From positions 26,846,001-26,910,000 of the forward strand of contig OZ024742.1 of assembly GCA_964016885.1 (NCBI GenBank): 64,000 bases of DNA, given 5' to 3'. This DNA comes from Eledone cirrhosa. Its lineage: Eukaryota. The notes beneath the pieces were generated by a model. It searched no databases. It had not been told where the DNA came from and saw only the letters and a list, made by a program, of their open reading frames with translations. This document shows positions 42,471-55,079 of the stretch, in pieces. The position numbers and the translations under genes were made by a program. Every line of letters begins with the position of its first letter. The stretch's first letter is position 1.

Positions 42471-43655
42471 AATGCTGCGTATCTCACACATATTCTCTCC
42501 AAATTTTAACGGAAAGATTACGATTATTTTTTGGTATAATATATTTTCATGCAAAATATTTTGTTCAGATTCTTTTGTTGGCGTTTCTTGTTGATGATTG
42601 AAATCTATTTTGCTAGCAAAAACATTGTGGTGATTTATAATAAGACTAGAAGGATTTCCTGAATGATGGTAAATATTTCTGATACTTCTGGAATAGAAAT
42701 GCATACAAACATAATTAAAGAGGGATCAACAGTTTGTATAACGTCATACATTTAGATTCAAAGGGTACAGTCACCTTTCAGTCTCGTGTGACAATGTGAT
42801 TTACACCTAGATATGTTCCTCTCCAAAGTACAAGTCCAGGCAAGCTTGTTTGATCAGCAGACACCCATGTGTACTCCTCTCCACGCCATCGATGTTATCC
42901 AAGAAGCAAGCAATGGCCGATAAAGCTTGGTCCCAGTGACTTTGCTGAGGGAATTGTTCGAGCATCAGACACTTTCTGGAATAGATTTTGGAGTTTTGAA
43001 TTCTAGCTTCGTGTGCTACGTCACAATTAGCAAACCAATCCCTCATTGTCTATTTTTTTAAGGGCATCTATCACTTCGTCATAGATGTCGTACATGTATG
43101 GGTATCAAATAATTTACGATGAAAGCCTTAGAATGTTACATTCTACGTTCAAATCCATGATCTTAGGAGAGACAGAGGGCCACGGATATATGCAGAGATT
43201 CTCTCATTTGTGTCTATATATGTTTTTATATAAGTTTCCATAACAAAAATAATTTGAATGTATAGATATATTAAAGAAAAGGAATGTTTAATTGCCCATA
43301 TATAATGCAATATTTTAAAGAATATTTGTTTATGAAATAAGAAAATGATTTCTAGAATCTATTGTTATTTTCATAAAACACAAATAAAATAGTTTCACAA
43401 TAACAACAAAAACGAGAAAAAACAGCAATTTATATCAGTCCATTTTCTTCCATTCATATATATATATATATTCCACATTTTCCTATAAAGATAAGCTATA
43501 TTAACAATTTTTTATAAGGATGTCCACAAAAAAAAATTGTGTGTGTGTATATATATATACATATATATGTATACAAGTGTGTGTATTCAACATTTTCCTA
43601 TAAAAATAAGCTATATCAATAAATATGTTTAAAAGAAGCCCATGAAGAAATGATA

Positions 43656-43697
<42 letters not shown>

Positions 43698-43699
43698 TA

Positions 43700-43793
<94 letters not shown>

Positions 43794-43831
43794 CACACAT
43801 ATATATATATGTATATATATATATGTGTGTA

Positions 43832-43876
<45 letters not shown>

Positions 43877-43881
43877 ATATA

Positions 43882-43939
<58 letters not shown>

Positions 43940-44576
43940 CACATATATATATATACACATATATATGGATACACGCATATATATATATATACACACCCAT
44001 ACACACATACGTATATAACAATTCAGTTTAATATTGTGTCTTTTAGTGCATTTCACATAATACATTTGTTATCTTTGGTTTGTGTATTTATTTTTGTATG
44101 AGTGGGGATGAGGTTTCATTTAGAGTTCTTGTAGTGTATTTGTGAGTGTTTTCTGGTGTGAAGTGATATAGTTCATGTTCATATATTTTTTATGCATTCC
44201 GGTACAAAACGTTGCATTTCACGTTCATTCTTTTCAATTGTGACCCTGAAAACCTTAGCAAGTTTCATTCTTATTTGAAATATTACGAAACAATGGCATC
44301 TACGCGAATATATGCATACATTGAAGCAGACGTACATACACAGCTACTTGTAGAAATGCAGGGATTAAGGTACACATCCCTGTTCACACTTAATCAAATA
44401 AATGCGCTCATTTATAGATACACATTTATGCAGTCATTTACGCATAAATCATGTTATATACACAGAGAAACACACACACGAACACACGCACATAAACACG
44501 AACACGCACACATACATACACACACATTCATACACACACACACTCATACACACACATATACACACACGCACACACT

Positions 44577-44622
<46 letters not shown>

Positions 44623-46249
44623 CTCCAAAATATCTTACTGAGTACATACGTGCTTTTCTCAAAGTAATTCTTCCGTTCCTCCATCTTCTGACATGCTAAC
44701 TTACTAATTCATCTTTTATTTCTCATTATATCCTATGACGAGGGATTAACGTCCGGAACGTTAATTCTCTTTTTCTATCATACCATTTGTTAAACTGATA
44801 TATTTCTTCGTTGTTTGCTTTGTTGTTTCAACTTACCTTTTGCATGCATTCAAATAAGATGTTTGCTTCATCTTGTCAAATGACAACACTCCAGTACAGT
44901 CACATGAACACGAGTGATTAGGGAACCATCATATCTGCGGATATGATGAAACTAGGTAAGTACCAGTATTCCATGGGCTCACATTTGGGTGACGCCCCAA
45001 TACCTGCAATGAACCTAACCACTATATGGTGCAAAGAATTCAATCCTGGGTTTCACCGGCTGTAAAGATAGAATGGCAGATGCGAAAATTGTGAAATAGA
45101 GATCTGTATATCGTGATTAAAGTTACAAACGCTTGTACAACGCAAGTGTAGCTCCCGAATTCTCAGTGATTATTATCTGATAACAATCCAAAGCAAGATG
45201 AACTGTAATGACGTTAACCCTACGTTTGACTTTAGAGTTTCTGTCTCTTAACGAATGGCGTAAAAAACATCTTGAGCTGTATTCCTGACACTTACCAAAA
45301 AGATTTCTCAATTTCCTCGCATATACGAGTTATATTATATATGAGTCCATTTATCCCGGTTTTAAAATCAGTTACCTTTCACCTAGACAAAGTCACCCTT
45401 CACCTATAACCGTCTGATATACAAATGATTGTATCTGGTGGGAGTATATAATTTTCGCCTAAACTAACTCACATAGAATGAGTGTAGACAGTTATAAATG
45501 GACAATCCATTTCATGTCATCCTCCCTGAAACCACCGATTCTCTACGATACATAACTGTGTTATTTATCTACCCCCCCCCCCACACACATCATAATTTAA
45601 CGTAAGAAATGTTAACCTATGTATTACACACTAACATAATAAAGAGGATGTTAATTATATTACTAAATACATGACACTTCTTCAGTATTTTCAAATTTTT
45701 TGAAAGTCAGAGATTATATTTCATTAGAAGCATCGTAAAGAAATGGTTAAAGAGGAAGACTTAAACATTTTACGGTGCTATTGCAAGGGCATCTGTCGTG
45801 CATGTGAAATGAATTGGCATAAGATCTGAAACCCGTTTTGTTTTGTTTGTTTGTATCATTAAGGTTCACAGCAATTAACCCGCAATGAATTGGCTGACAT
45901 TTTTTTTATTTTAAATCTTTGTTTGCAATCATTTCTAAAGGAATTTCATTGAAATGCTGTCGTTGGAATTACATAGATAACCATATTTCTCTATTTATTT
46001 TATCATCTTTGCTGCGGCATGTGGCTGCAGTGTTTAATGAAGTGAGCCTGCTGCAAAATTTTTTATGTTCAAACGCAACACATATCAACACTCGTCACAT
46101 TTCTACTCCCCGGAAGAAGTTTTTAGAAGCCATTTGAAATGCCTCCTTGATAGAGGATGTGATGACAGAGACACGCTGCTTAAAACACATTTAGTGTTAT
46201 TCCTGAACACTATATTACGTTCATATTGATATTATTGTCACTGGACTGG

Positions 46250-47810
46250 AAGGCGACAGGTTGGCTGAATCAGTACAGCGTCGGAGGAAAGGCTTTATGG
46301 CATTTACTTATGACCTTCTACGCTCTGAGTTCAAATCCCGCCTAGGTCAATATTGCCGTTCACTATTTCGAGTTCATTTCAATAAACTATCAATTAAGTA
46401 TTCAGGTCGATATTGACGAATTTCCTCGTTCTCTAATTTACTGGCTTTTTTTTAACACTGTTTGGAAGTATTTTTGCTGTATTGAGAAAGGTGGATAGGC
46501 AGTAATTTGCGGCATTTAGTTACGTTCTGAATTCAAATCCAGCCGAGGTCAAATTTATCTTCAATCCTTCCGATGTGGATAAAATTATGTACCAACCACG
46601 CATTGGGATATTTATAATGAAGTTACCCTTCTCTAAAGAATTGCTAGCCTTAGATTAGTTGATTTTTAGAGCGTCGGAGAAATATTTAGAAGTGTTTGTT
46701 CGGGTTATGTATATTCTGGTTTCAAACCTCGCCGAGGTCAACATTGCATTTCTTCCTTCTGGGAAAATATAAGTCCAAAAATGAACCATATATGTGGGTC
46801 GATATAATTGACATACCCCTAACCCTTAATCGATGACCTTGTGCCTACATTAGTCATTACGAAGAAATTGCAACACTTGTACCTGTGCTTAACATGTTGG
46901 TTCAAGTCACGCTATGCTTTAAGTTTCTGTTTTCATTATTGAAGTTTCGACCAAAAAAAGATTCTCAAGTATCTTACCTTGAACCTAATTTGGCACAAGG
47001 CCAGCACATTTGGTGGAAAAATAGGTTTGATTGAATAACGATTGTTACGTTATTTTCTAGAAACTGGAATAAAGTGATGGAAAATTTGTTAACGAATGTA
47101 TTTTAATTCACAATGGAAAGAACCTAAACCCCAATGAAACTTTGTCTGCATCTCTACCTTCGGAGTTCAAATCCCACTATGGTCAATTATAATTTCAGCC
47201 TTCCGGTACGAAAATATAATCTATTAGTAAAGTAGTGAGGTACGTTATAATCGACTTTCCTCTCCCACAGATTTGCAGATGCTGCCTCAAATTAGTAGCC
47301 ACAAGGGGTGTTGGAATTGTAGAAATGATAGTGTTGGTGAAAAGCCATTACATTACTTGTTTTGCCTTTTGGTCGACTTTAATATTTAGCTTTCCTATCA
47401 TGTACCTCCGTTGATCTACTCAAATTGCATGCCTTGTACATAAATTAGAAATGAATATTATCATGCCATATAGCACTCAAAATAGATATTATGTATGGTT
47501 CCTTCACTTCTGATCGAGTTTTAGGGGCACCCTATTTATATACGGCATCTCTAGGGGATTTTTAAATATTGCGGAGCTCATTACTCTCTCGTTCTGAATA
47601 CAGAAAATGTCTTCCAGAGCAGGATAGAGGGCGAGAAAATGAAAGTGAGAAAGAGATATGGATGAAGACCCAAGTACTTGACTGCTATTTTTTGTCATAG
47701 CCCTTGAAATGGATGAAGGGCAAAGTTGACGTCGGTAGGATTTGAACTCAGAAAGCAGAGAGCAGAAACAATCTATCTGGCGTTCTAACGAGTCTGCTTA
47801 TTCTCGCCTG
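46250..47810. mobile_element. Cluster of old, degenerate SINE copies
   Basis: Repeated decayed GAGTTCAAATCC / GAGGTCAA / core motifs at about 46325, 46530, 46720, 47165 and 47740(-). Confidence 0.6.
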
Positions 47811-48577
47811 TAATAGATAATATATGGCTTCAATATCGGTACACAATAGCAGCGTTTTTCCTTTATTTTTACAAAATATGGAATAGACCGCCAACTGTTT
47901 CGACGAGGAATAACACTACAAAAGATGCTTCTCATAAAATTAACCGTAAGAGACTGAGTATTTAAAAAAATCTTTGGACCTGTAACGTAATACTCAGAGT
48001 GGTGCAGAGTGACAAAATGTGTTTAAAAGCTGGCCCATTGAATTACAGACGCAATCCAGCCGATAGGTTTCTAAAGAGTTTTCGTTTATCCATTTTCACA
48101 CAAGATATGGGTCGACACGAGCTTAAGATAAATAACACCTAACCCCGATGAAATTTAGTGAGACCGAAACTGGGGCTAAATGATTAAGAAGAAAACGTCT
48201 GAAACAGTCAACCAAACTGCGACCACAAGCTGCAAAATAACCATCATATTGATTCAGTGTCTAATACGTCATTCCTATTTTCATATTTGATGGTAGAGAA
48301 ATCGGTACGTATTTGAAGAGGTGGGCCATCGATCAAGAGAAAAAGCAGTAGTGGTGTTGGTGGGGATGGTAACAGAGGTGTGTGTGTGTGTGGGGGGTGG
48401 GGTCGTTAGGTTCAGTTTAGTGCATCTCATTTAATGCAAATTGAAATGTCAGAGGTTAAGATTTACAATGGAACTAAGAGAACGTAAAGCGATTTAACTA
48501 TAAGTGTATGTTTGTATAGTATGAATATATCTATTTATACATATATAAATATATAATAGATATACATACATCACACG

Positions 48578-48650
<73 letters not shown>

Positions 48651-49027
48651 ATGTGTGTGTGTGTGTGTGTGTATGTGTGTATGTGTGTTACGTACCGATA
48701 TATATGTGTGTGTTTCTGTCAATAATTTTGTTTTCTCCCAAGAGAAAATGTAAAGAAAACATCTATTTATCTGATTCTTTCATCTGATTAGGTTTAGTAA
48801 TCCGCTCCTCAAAGCTACATACACTTTTGTGAGACAGTATATGTAATAGGCATGTGATTGTTTGAGTACACCCATATACACATGCATATATATATATATG
48901 TGTACACTGAAATGCACTGCACTGTATAACTACATCGCTTCTGTTACATATAAGCACCAATATACATCTATATATATATATAGACGATATTTGCATACTT
49001 TATTAAAATATATGTATGAATATAATG

Positions 49028-49073
<46 letters not shown>

Positions 49074-49136
49074 TGTATATATATACATGTGGAGATTTCC
49101 TATTATATATTTATATATATATATATATATATATAT

Positions 49137-49321
49137 ACGTTATTCCGGGTTGAATCGGAGGTAACCACAGTAAGTAAGGTACTCAATACATAGCAGAGTA
49201 TAACAGTTTTAATATAGATGAGATTCTACAGGACTAGAACTGTTTCATTCATTAGAAATCATCTGATGATTTCTAATGAATGAAACAGTTCTAGTCCTGT
49301 AGAATCTCATCTATATTAAAA
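49137..49321 (-). mobile_element. Fold-back HHR mini-element, family B
   Basis: Tail CGTTATTCCGGGTTGAATCGGAGGTAACCACAGTAAG and a hairpin whose apex TCATCTGATGA lies in the ribozyme core. Relatives at 71-198, 6310-6486, 7492-7620, 40113-40262, 52086-52368 and 52446-52601. Confidence 0.85.
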
Positions 49322-49333
49322 ATATATATATAT

Positions 49334-49369
<36 letters not shown>

Positions 49370-49407
49370 AATATATAATAGGAAATCTCCACATGTATAT
49401 ATATACA

Positions 49408-49471
<64 letters not shown>

Positions 49472-49500
49472 TATAATAGGAAATCTCCACATGTATATAT

Positions 49501-49532
<32 letters not shown>

Positions 49533-50308
49533 CACATGTAGAGATAACATGTATATATATTTATATGTAAGTATGTACTCTTTGTCTCTCTCTCCATATA
49601 TATATATATATATGGATGATTGTATATGAATGCGGAAAATGCTAATAGTGATTAAAGATGTAATAGAAAGTTGAAATATTCAAAGAGATTAGTGAATCTG
49701 GAAAGCAAATACTCCATTGATATAATGAACACCTGACTCTCCACTGTAATTATAGAAATCTTTTAAGCTTCATGAGATTTTATTTTTAGTTAACGTTAAA
49801 AGCCACGTTGCTCTTATTGACCATAGTAGAAAAGGAGGCAGCTAATTTGGTCGAGGCATTAGTCATTTGTACAGGTTTCATATAAAGAAATGTACCTCCA
49901 TAGATTTCCACTATCTGTTTTCCAGTTTTTCAATTATTAGATGAGCCTACTGTTGAAATTAAAATGTATGCCACCGAGCCTTCCATAGACATGTGTACCG
50001 TTGATTCAACTCTCAGGGAGATTCAGCGTAGCTGTGTATTTCAAGGCTAAGTCTTTGAATTACAGGTATTGTTCATTCGACGGGTTTCCTAACAGTATCC
50101 GCACATCTAATTTGACGTATAAGGCATTAATATATATGTTTGTACGTTAAATTAAACTTACTCAAGAAGCCATGCTCTGGGACCAAACCCACTCTTTGCG
50201 AAACGAATCTTTTAATCATTCGGACATGTTGCGCCCCAAAATCACTATACAGATAAATGAAAAGCAATGTTGTCTCTGACTGAATCGAAACTAAAGTATA
50301 TATAAAAA

Positions 50309-50529
50309 TACATATAAAAATGAGAAAGCTCATCGCTGGAGCTGCCATTAAAACAGTTAAATGCTGTCAAAAATGCCTCGGAGGACAGAGAATCATGACT
50401 ACCAAGTGATGTGTCTATTTGTTGACCACTGCCCGCAGTCCTCTGAGGCATTTTCGACCATTGCTGTCTTTGACAGCATTTAGCTGTTTTAACGGCTGTT
50501 CTAGCGATGGGTTTCTCCTTTTATATGTA
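50309..50529. mobile_element. MITE with about 60-bp terminal inverted repeats
   Basis: TACATATAAAA.TGAGAAAGCTCATCGCTGGAGC...GCTGTCAAA mirrored by TTTGACAGC...GCGATGGGTTTCTCCTTTTATATGTA. Inner inverted repeat AAAATGCCTCGGAGGAC/GTCCTCTGAGGCATTTT. Confidence 0.75.
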
Positions 50530-51449
50530 TGTAGATAATATGCATAGACCTGACATACATAAATATATTATAATCACACACTTGTACATTTCTGGTACAT
50601 ATTGTATCAGCATCAAATGTGAGAGGAGATAGACAACATGGACGTCGGTAGAGATGCAATTGACTATATAACTAGTGATAACTGCATATACTATTTCACC
50701 CCTCCTAGGCACACCTATTTATCATACTTTATTAAATATCGTATATCTTTCTATTTATCATGAAACAAATTTAGACAAATATCAACTTCATGAAAACGAT
50801 ATTTAATAAGTATATTTATTCCGGCTCTCTACGATTTGAGTTCGAATCATATCGTCCCGAGCCTATCGTCCATTCCATATGTGGAAAGTAATGTGACAAT
50901 TCTGGGTGGTAGATTGGTACAGAACCAGAAAACATGCGGTATTTTTTCCTCGATTTGCATTCTATGTTCAAACATTGTGGTGATAGAATCAGTGCTTTGC
51001 CCGACTTAATTACTCATATGACTTGTTCGGGGACATTGGTGGATTTCAGTGGAGGCCTGTGGCCTAATGGTAATGATGTTACTCTCATAGTAACGTAGGG
51101 TTGATTCCTAGACTAGATTATATGTGTGTTCTTGAGGAAAACACTTTACTTCACCTTGCGCCAGTATAGGCAACTATATATGAATACTAGCAGTAACTGG
51201 TGGTTTAAACCTGCGATAAACTGGCATTCTGTCCATGGGGAATTCTTGTTCAACTATTATTCACTTAACTGTTATAAACAAAGGCCTAATGGGTCTCAGG
51301 GATTGAGACAGACTTTACACCTTATACTCTGTTGCAAAGATTCGAGCGTGTTTTACGGTTTAAGAAATATTCCTTCCTCCATTTCAGCAGTCTAGGAAAC
51401 GCTCAAAGCTGTTATGGGCAAGGTATTTCACTCCCTAACTAAAGCTATA

Positions 51450-51568
51450 TATAGAGGGTGGCCAAAAGGTCATAGAACATTTCAAAATATAACATCCCTT
51501 TTAACTGAAACATTAATTGTAAAAATGTATTATATTTTAAAACGTCTGGTGACTTTCGGACCATCATA
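51450..51568. mobile_element. Tc1/mariner-type MITE, followed by its own inverted duplicate
   Basis: TA-flanked termini TAGAGGGTGGCCAAAAGGTCA / TGACTTTCGGACCATCATA. Similar TA-CAGGGTGTCC-type ends occur at about 5890-5970 and 12740-12815. Confidence 0.55.
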
Positions 51569-51698
51569 TATATATATATATATATATATGATGGTCCGAA
51601 AGTCACCAGACGTTTTAAAATATTATACATTTTTACAATTAATGTTTTCAGTTAAAAGGGATGTTATATTTTGAAATGTTCTATGTATATAAATGTTC

Positions 51699-51859
<161 letters not shown>

Positions 51860-52102
51860 CAGATGGAATCGAAAATGCAACTGGAGTCTTATTTAAAAAA
51901 ATATATATATATTTATTTGCTTCCTTTACCGGTTTCGCAGTTCTTCTCCTTTTCAAAAGTAGAGTTGAGATGTAGGGTCTGTGGTTTTTCCCACAGATGC
52001 ATTTTCGATTTCACTCGTGTAGGACACCTCGGTTATTTTTCATTTTGTAAAAAAAAAGTCACTTTCTAATATATATGTATATATACAGTTTCAATATAGA
52101 TG

Positions 52103-52153
52103 AGATTCTACAGGACAAGAACTCTTTCATTCTTTAGAAATCATCAGGAATCT
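52103..52153 (-). ncRNA. Inverted second hammerhead copy (family B) with one stem III mismatch
   Basis: Reverse complement is AGATTCCTGATGATTTCTAAAGAATGAAAGAGTTCTTGTCCTGTAGAATCT. Confidence 0.7.
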
Positions 52154-52229
52154 GGCTGTCCAAACTAAATGTTGTGGTATTTATATCTTTTGAGGTGGTG
52201 GGAGAGGGTGGGGAGTGTTTTGGACAGCC

Positions 52230-52280
52230 AGATTCCTGATGATTTCTAATGAATGAAACAGTTCTAGTCCTGTAGAATCT
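52230..52280 (+). ncRNA. Type I hammerhead ribozyme motif (family B)
   Basis: AGATTC-CTGATGA-T-TTC-TAAT-GAA-T-GAA-ACAG-TTCTAGTC-CTGT-A-GAATCT. Stem I 6 bp, intact core, stem III ACAG/CTGT, GUA cleavage triplet with predicted cut after 52274. Confidence 0.8.
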
Positions 52281-52365
52281 CATCAATATTAAAACTTTTA
52301 TACTCTGCTATGTATTGAGTACATTACTTACTGTGGTTACCTCTGATTCAACCCGGAATAACTTA

Positions 52366-52434
<69 letters not shown>

Positions 52435-52601
52435 TATATATATACAGAGGAAGAGATGAATTCTACAGGACTAGAATTGTTTGAACAGTTCTAGTTCTGT
52501 AGAAGAATGACACATTTCTATATTAAACATGATGATTACACTGTACTAATGTATTGAGTCCCTTACTTACTGTGGTTACCTGCGATTGAACCTGGGACTG
52601 A

Positions 52602-52652
<51 letters not shown>

Positions 52653-53491
52653 CACTTGAATAATTTAGTAATAGAAGAACGAAGTGTGACAAAGGTGGTC
52701 ATCACAAACCTGATGTTAATTCAACAGGTCAGCCATGTAAACAGCTGTAGATTTAAGCTTAATTGTGGATGTGAAGGAATCCAGCTATATTGACCGAATG
52801 CTGGTATTGAAATAAAGTAACAATACGGTCATCTAGTGGTGTTAAGTTTGCTGGAGATTTATACCAGCAGTTAAAAGACTTAAACTATATTTGTATACGA
52901 CATTTCGTTTATAAATACGGTCATGTTTGTTATTTATTTGCTGGTCTTCCATCGGTTTCGACGATGATTGTTCCAAGTGCGCAAATAATGGTACAGACTA
53001 CTCATGAATGTCACAAAGTTCAAATGGCGGTGATTTATATAGACAGGTGTACCTTCAACGCAGTTCTCAGGGAGATTCAGCATAACATAGCAATGAAATG
53101 CCTGGCCTTTGAAGAAATAGTTTGAATAATTATTTTTTTTCCAATAAAGCAATGAGAAATAAAGTGGCCTGCTCAATGATACAAACTGGCACTGGGAATC
53201 GAAACTTTGACATTCTGTACCATAATCCCTAAGACGTACATTCACACGAAAATTTCCCTATGTAAATATTTATATTAGAATTTCACAAAGAAAGACAGAA
53301 CCAATTATAATGTTTACCGTTGAAATTAATATCCAAATAAAAATAAACTTTAGAAAAGATTTAGATCAGTTGTTTCATTTAAGATGAGTTAATGATAAAA
53401 CAAAAAACCACATTGATAAATAGTAATTACAGCAAAAACATACTGTATCTGTATTTAAGTAATATAGTAATGTACTGACAGAGGGGGTAAG

Positions 53492-53595
<104 letters not shown>

Positions 53596-53686
53596 GTAAT
53601 AATAATAAATGTGAAGACTAAACACCGAATATCCCATTAAGCGTGAAAGCAGCGATTCTTTGTTTAAACTTTAATCTGTTATTTTA

Positions 53687-53821
<135 letters not shown>

Positions 53822-53888
53822 TGTATGTATATACATATATATATGCACACAATATGTATATATATGTGTATATATATATATATATTTC

Positions 53889-53934
<46 letters not shown>

Positions 53935-54049
53935 GCTTGTTTGTGTGTAACAAAGAGTGAATAAAAATGACCTGTTCAGTGTTATGAGCGAGTCAGTTTT
54001 TTAAAACTAGAAACAGCATCCTTTGTACCGGCGCAAATCCAACGATATA

Positions 54050-54086
<37 letters not shown>

Positions 54087-54236
54087 AACAAAGAAAGTGT
54101 GCTAAAAAACCAGGTGGATCATAACGCACCAGACTACTCGATACTTTGGGTAGTAGTGTGAGTAATAGGAAAATATTCAGGACTCCAACGGCTGAGTTCC
54201 GGCCGTTTTGACAGATAGATCCGTTCCTGACAATTT

Positions 54237-54278
<42 letters not shown>

Positions 54279-54360
54279 TCGTATATATATATACATGTAT
54301 ACATGGTTATGCAGACACACGTACATATACAGTCATTTATCTCTCTCTCTCCCTGTATCT

Positions 54361-54424
<64 letters not shown>

Positions 54425-54769
54425 TAGAGATACATAACTGTATATGTACGTGTGTCTGCATAACCATGTATACATGTATGTGATTTTGTGTGCAATTACA
54501 ATAAAATATCTGCATATAATTACTAACACATTCACACATACTCGCGCCATAGTAACTGTTCTCTCCAACCAAATTTATAAAACTCTTCAGCGTATTATAG
54601 GCATGAATCAGAACCGTGTTTAGATATTAATATATTTAAATAAATTTATATATTTATATATTTCTAAGACATATTCTTAAAACATTGCATATATTCTTCC
54701 ATGTTACACCTTGTTCTTCAATATATTAATGTATATGCGCATATATATATATATATATATGTAGGTATG

Positions 54770-54858
<89 letters not shown>

Positions 54859-54953
54859 GTATGTTTGTATAAATATATATATATATGTGTGTGTGTGTGT
54901 ATGTATGTATGAATACATATGTATAGATATATGTATATATATGTATGTTGTAC

Positions 54954-55031
<78 letters not shown>

Positions 55032-55039
55032 TTCCCTTT

Positions 55040-55074
<35 letters not shown>

Positions 55075-55079
55075 TTCCC

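Larger units (their letters stand above)
52086..52368 (+). mobile_element. Family B element with two divergent complete hammerhead motifs
   Basis: Inverted arms at about 52086-52165 and 52218-52297, then the family B tail ending CAACCCGGAATAAC into (TA)n. Confidence 0.85.

Noticed and set aside
42807-43046. Non-repetitive short ORFs (also 5471-5854 and 24738-24929)
   Set aside because: No recognisable motifs or convincing splice signals; cannot be supported without a search.
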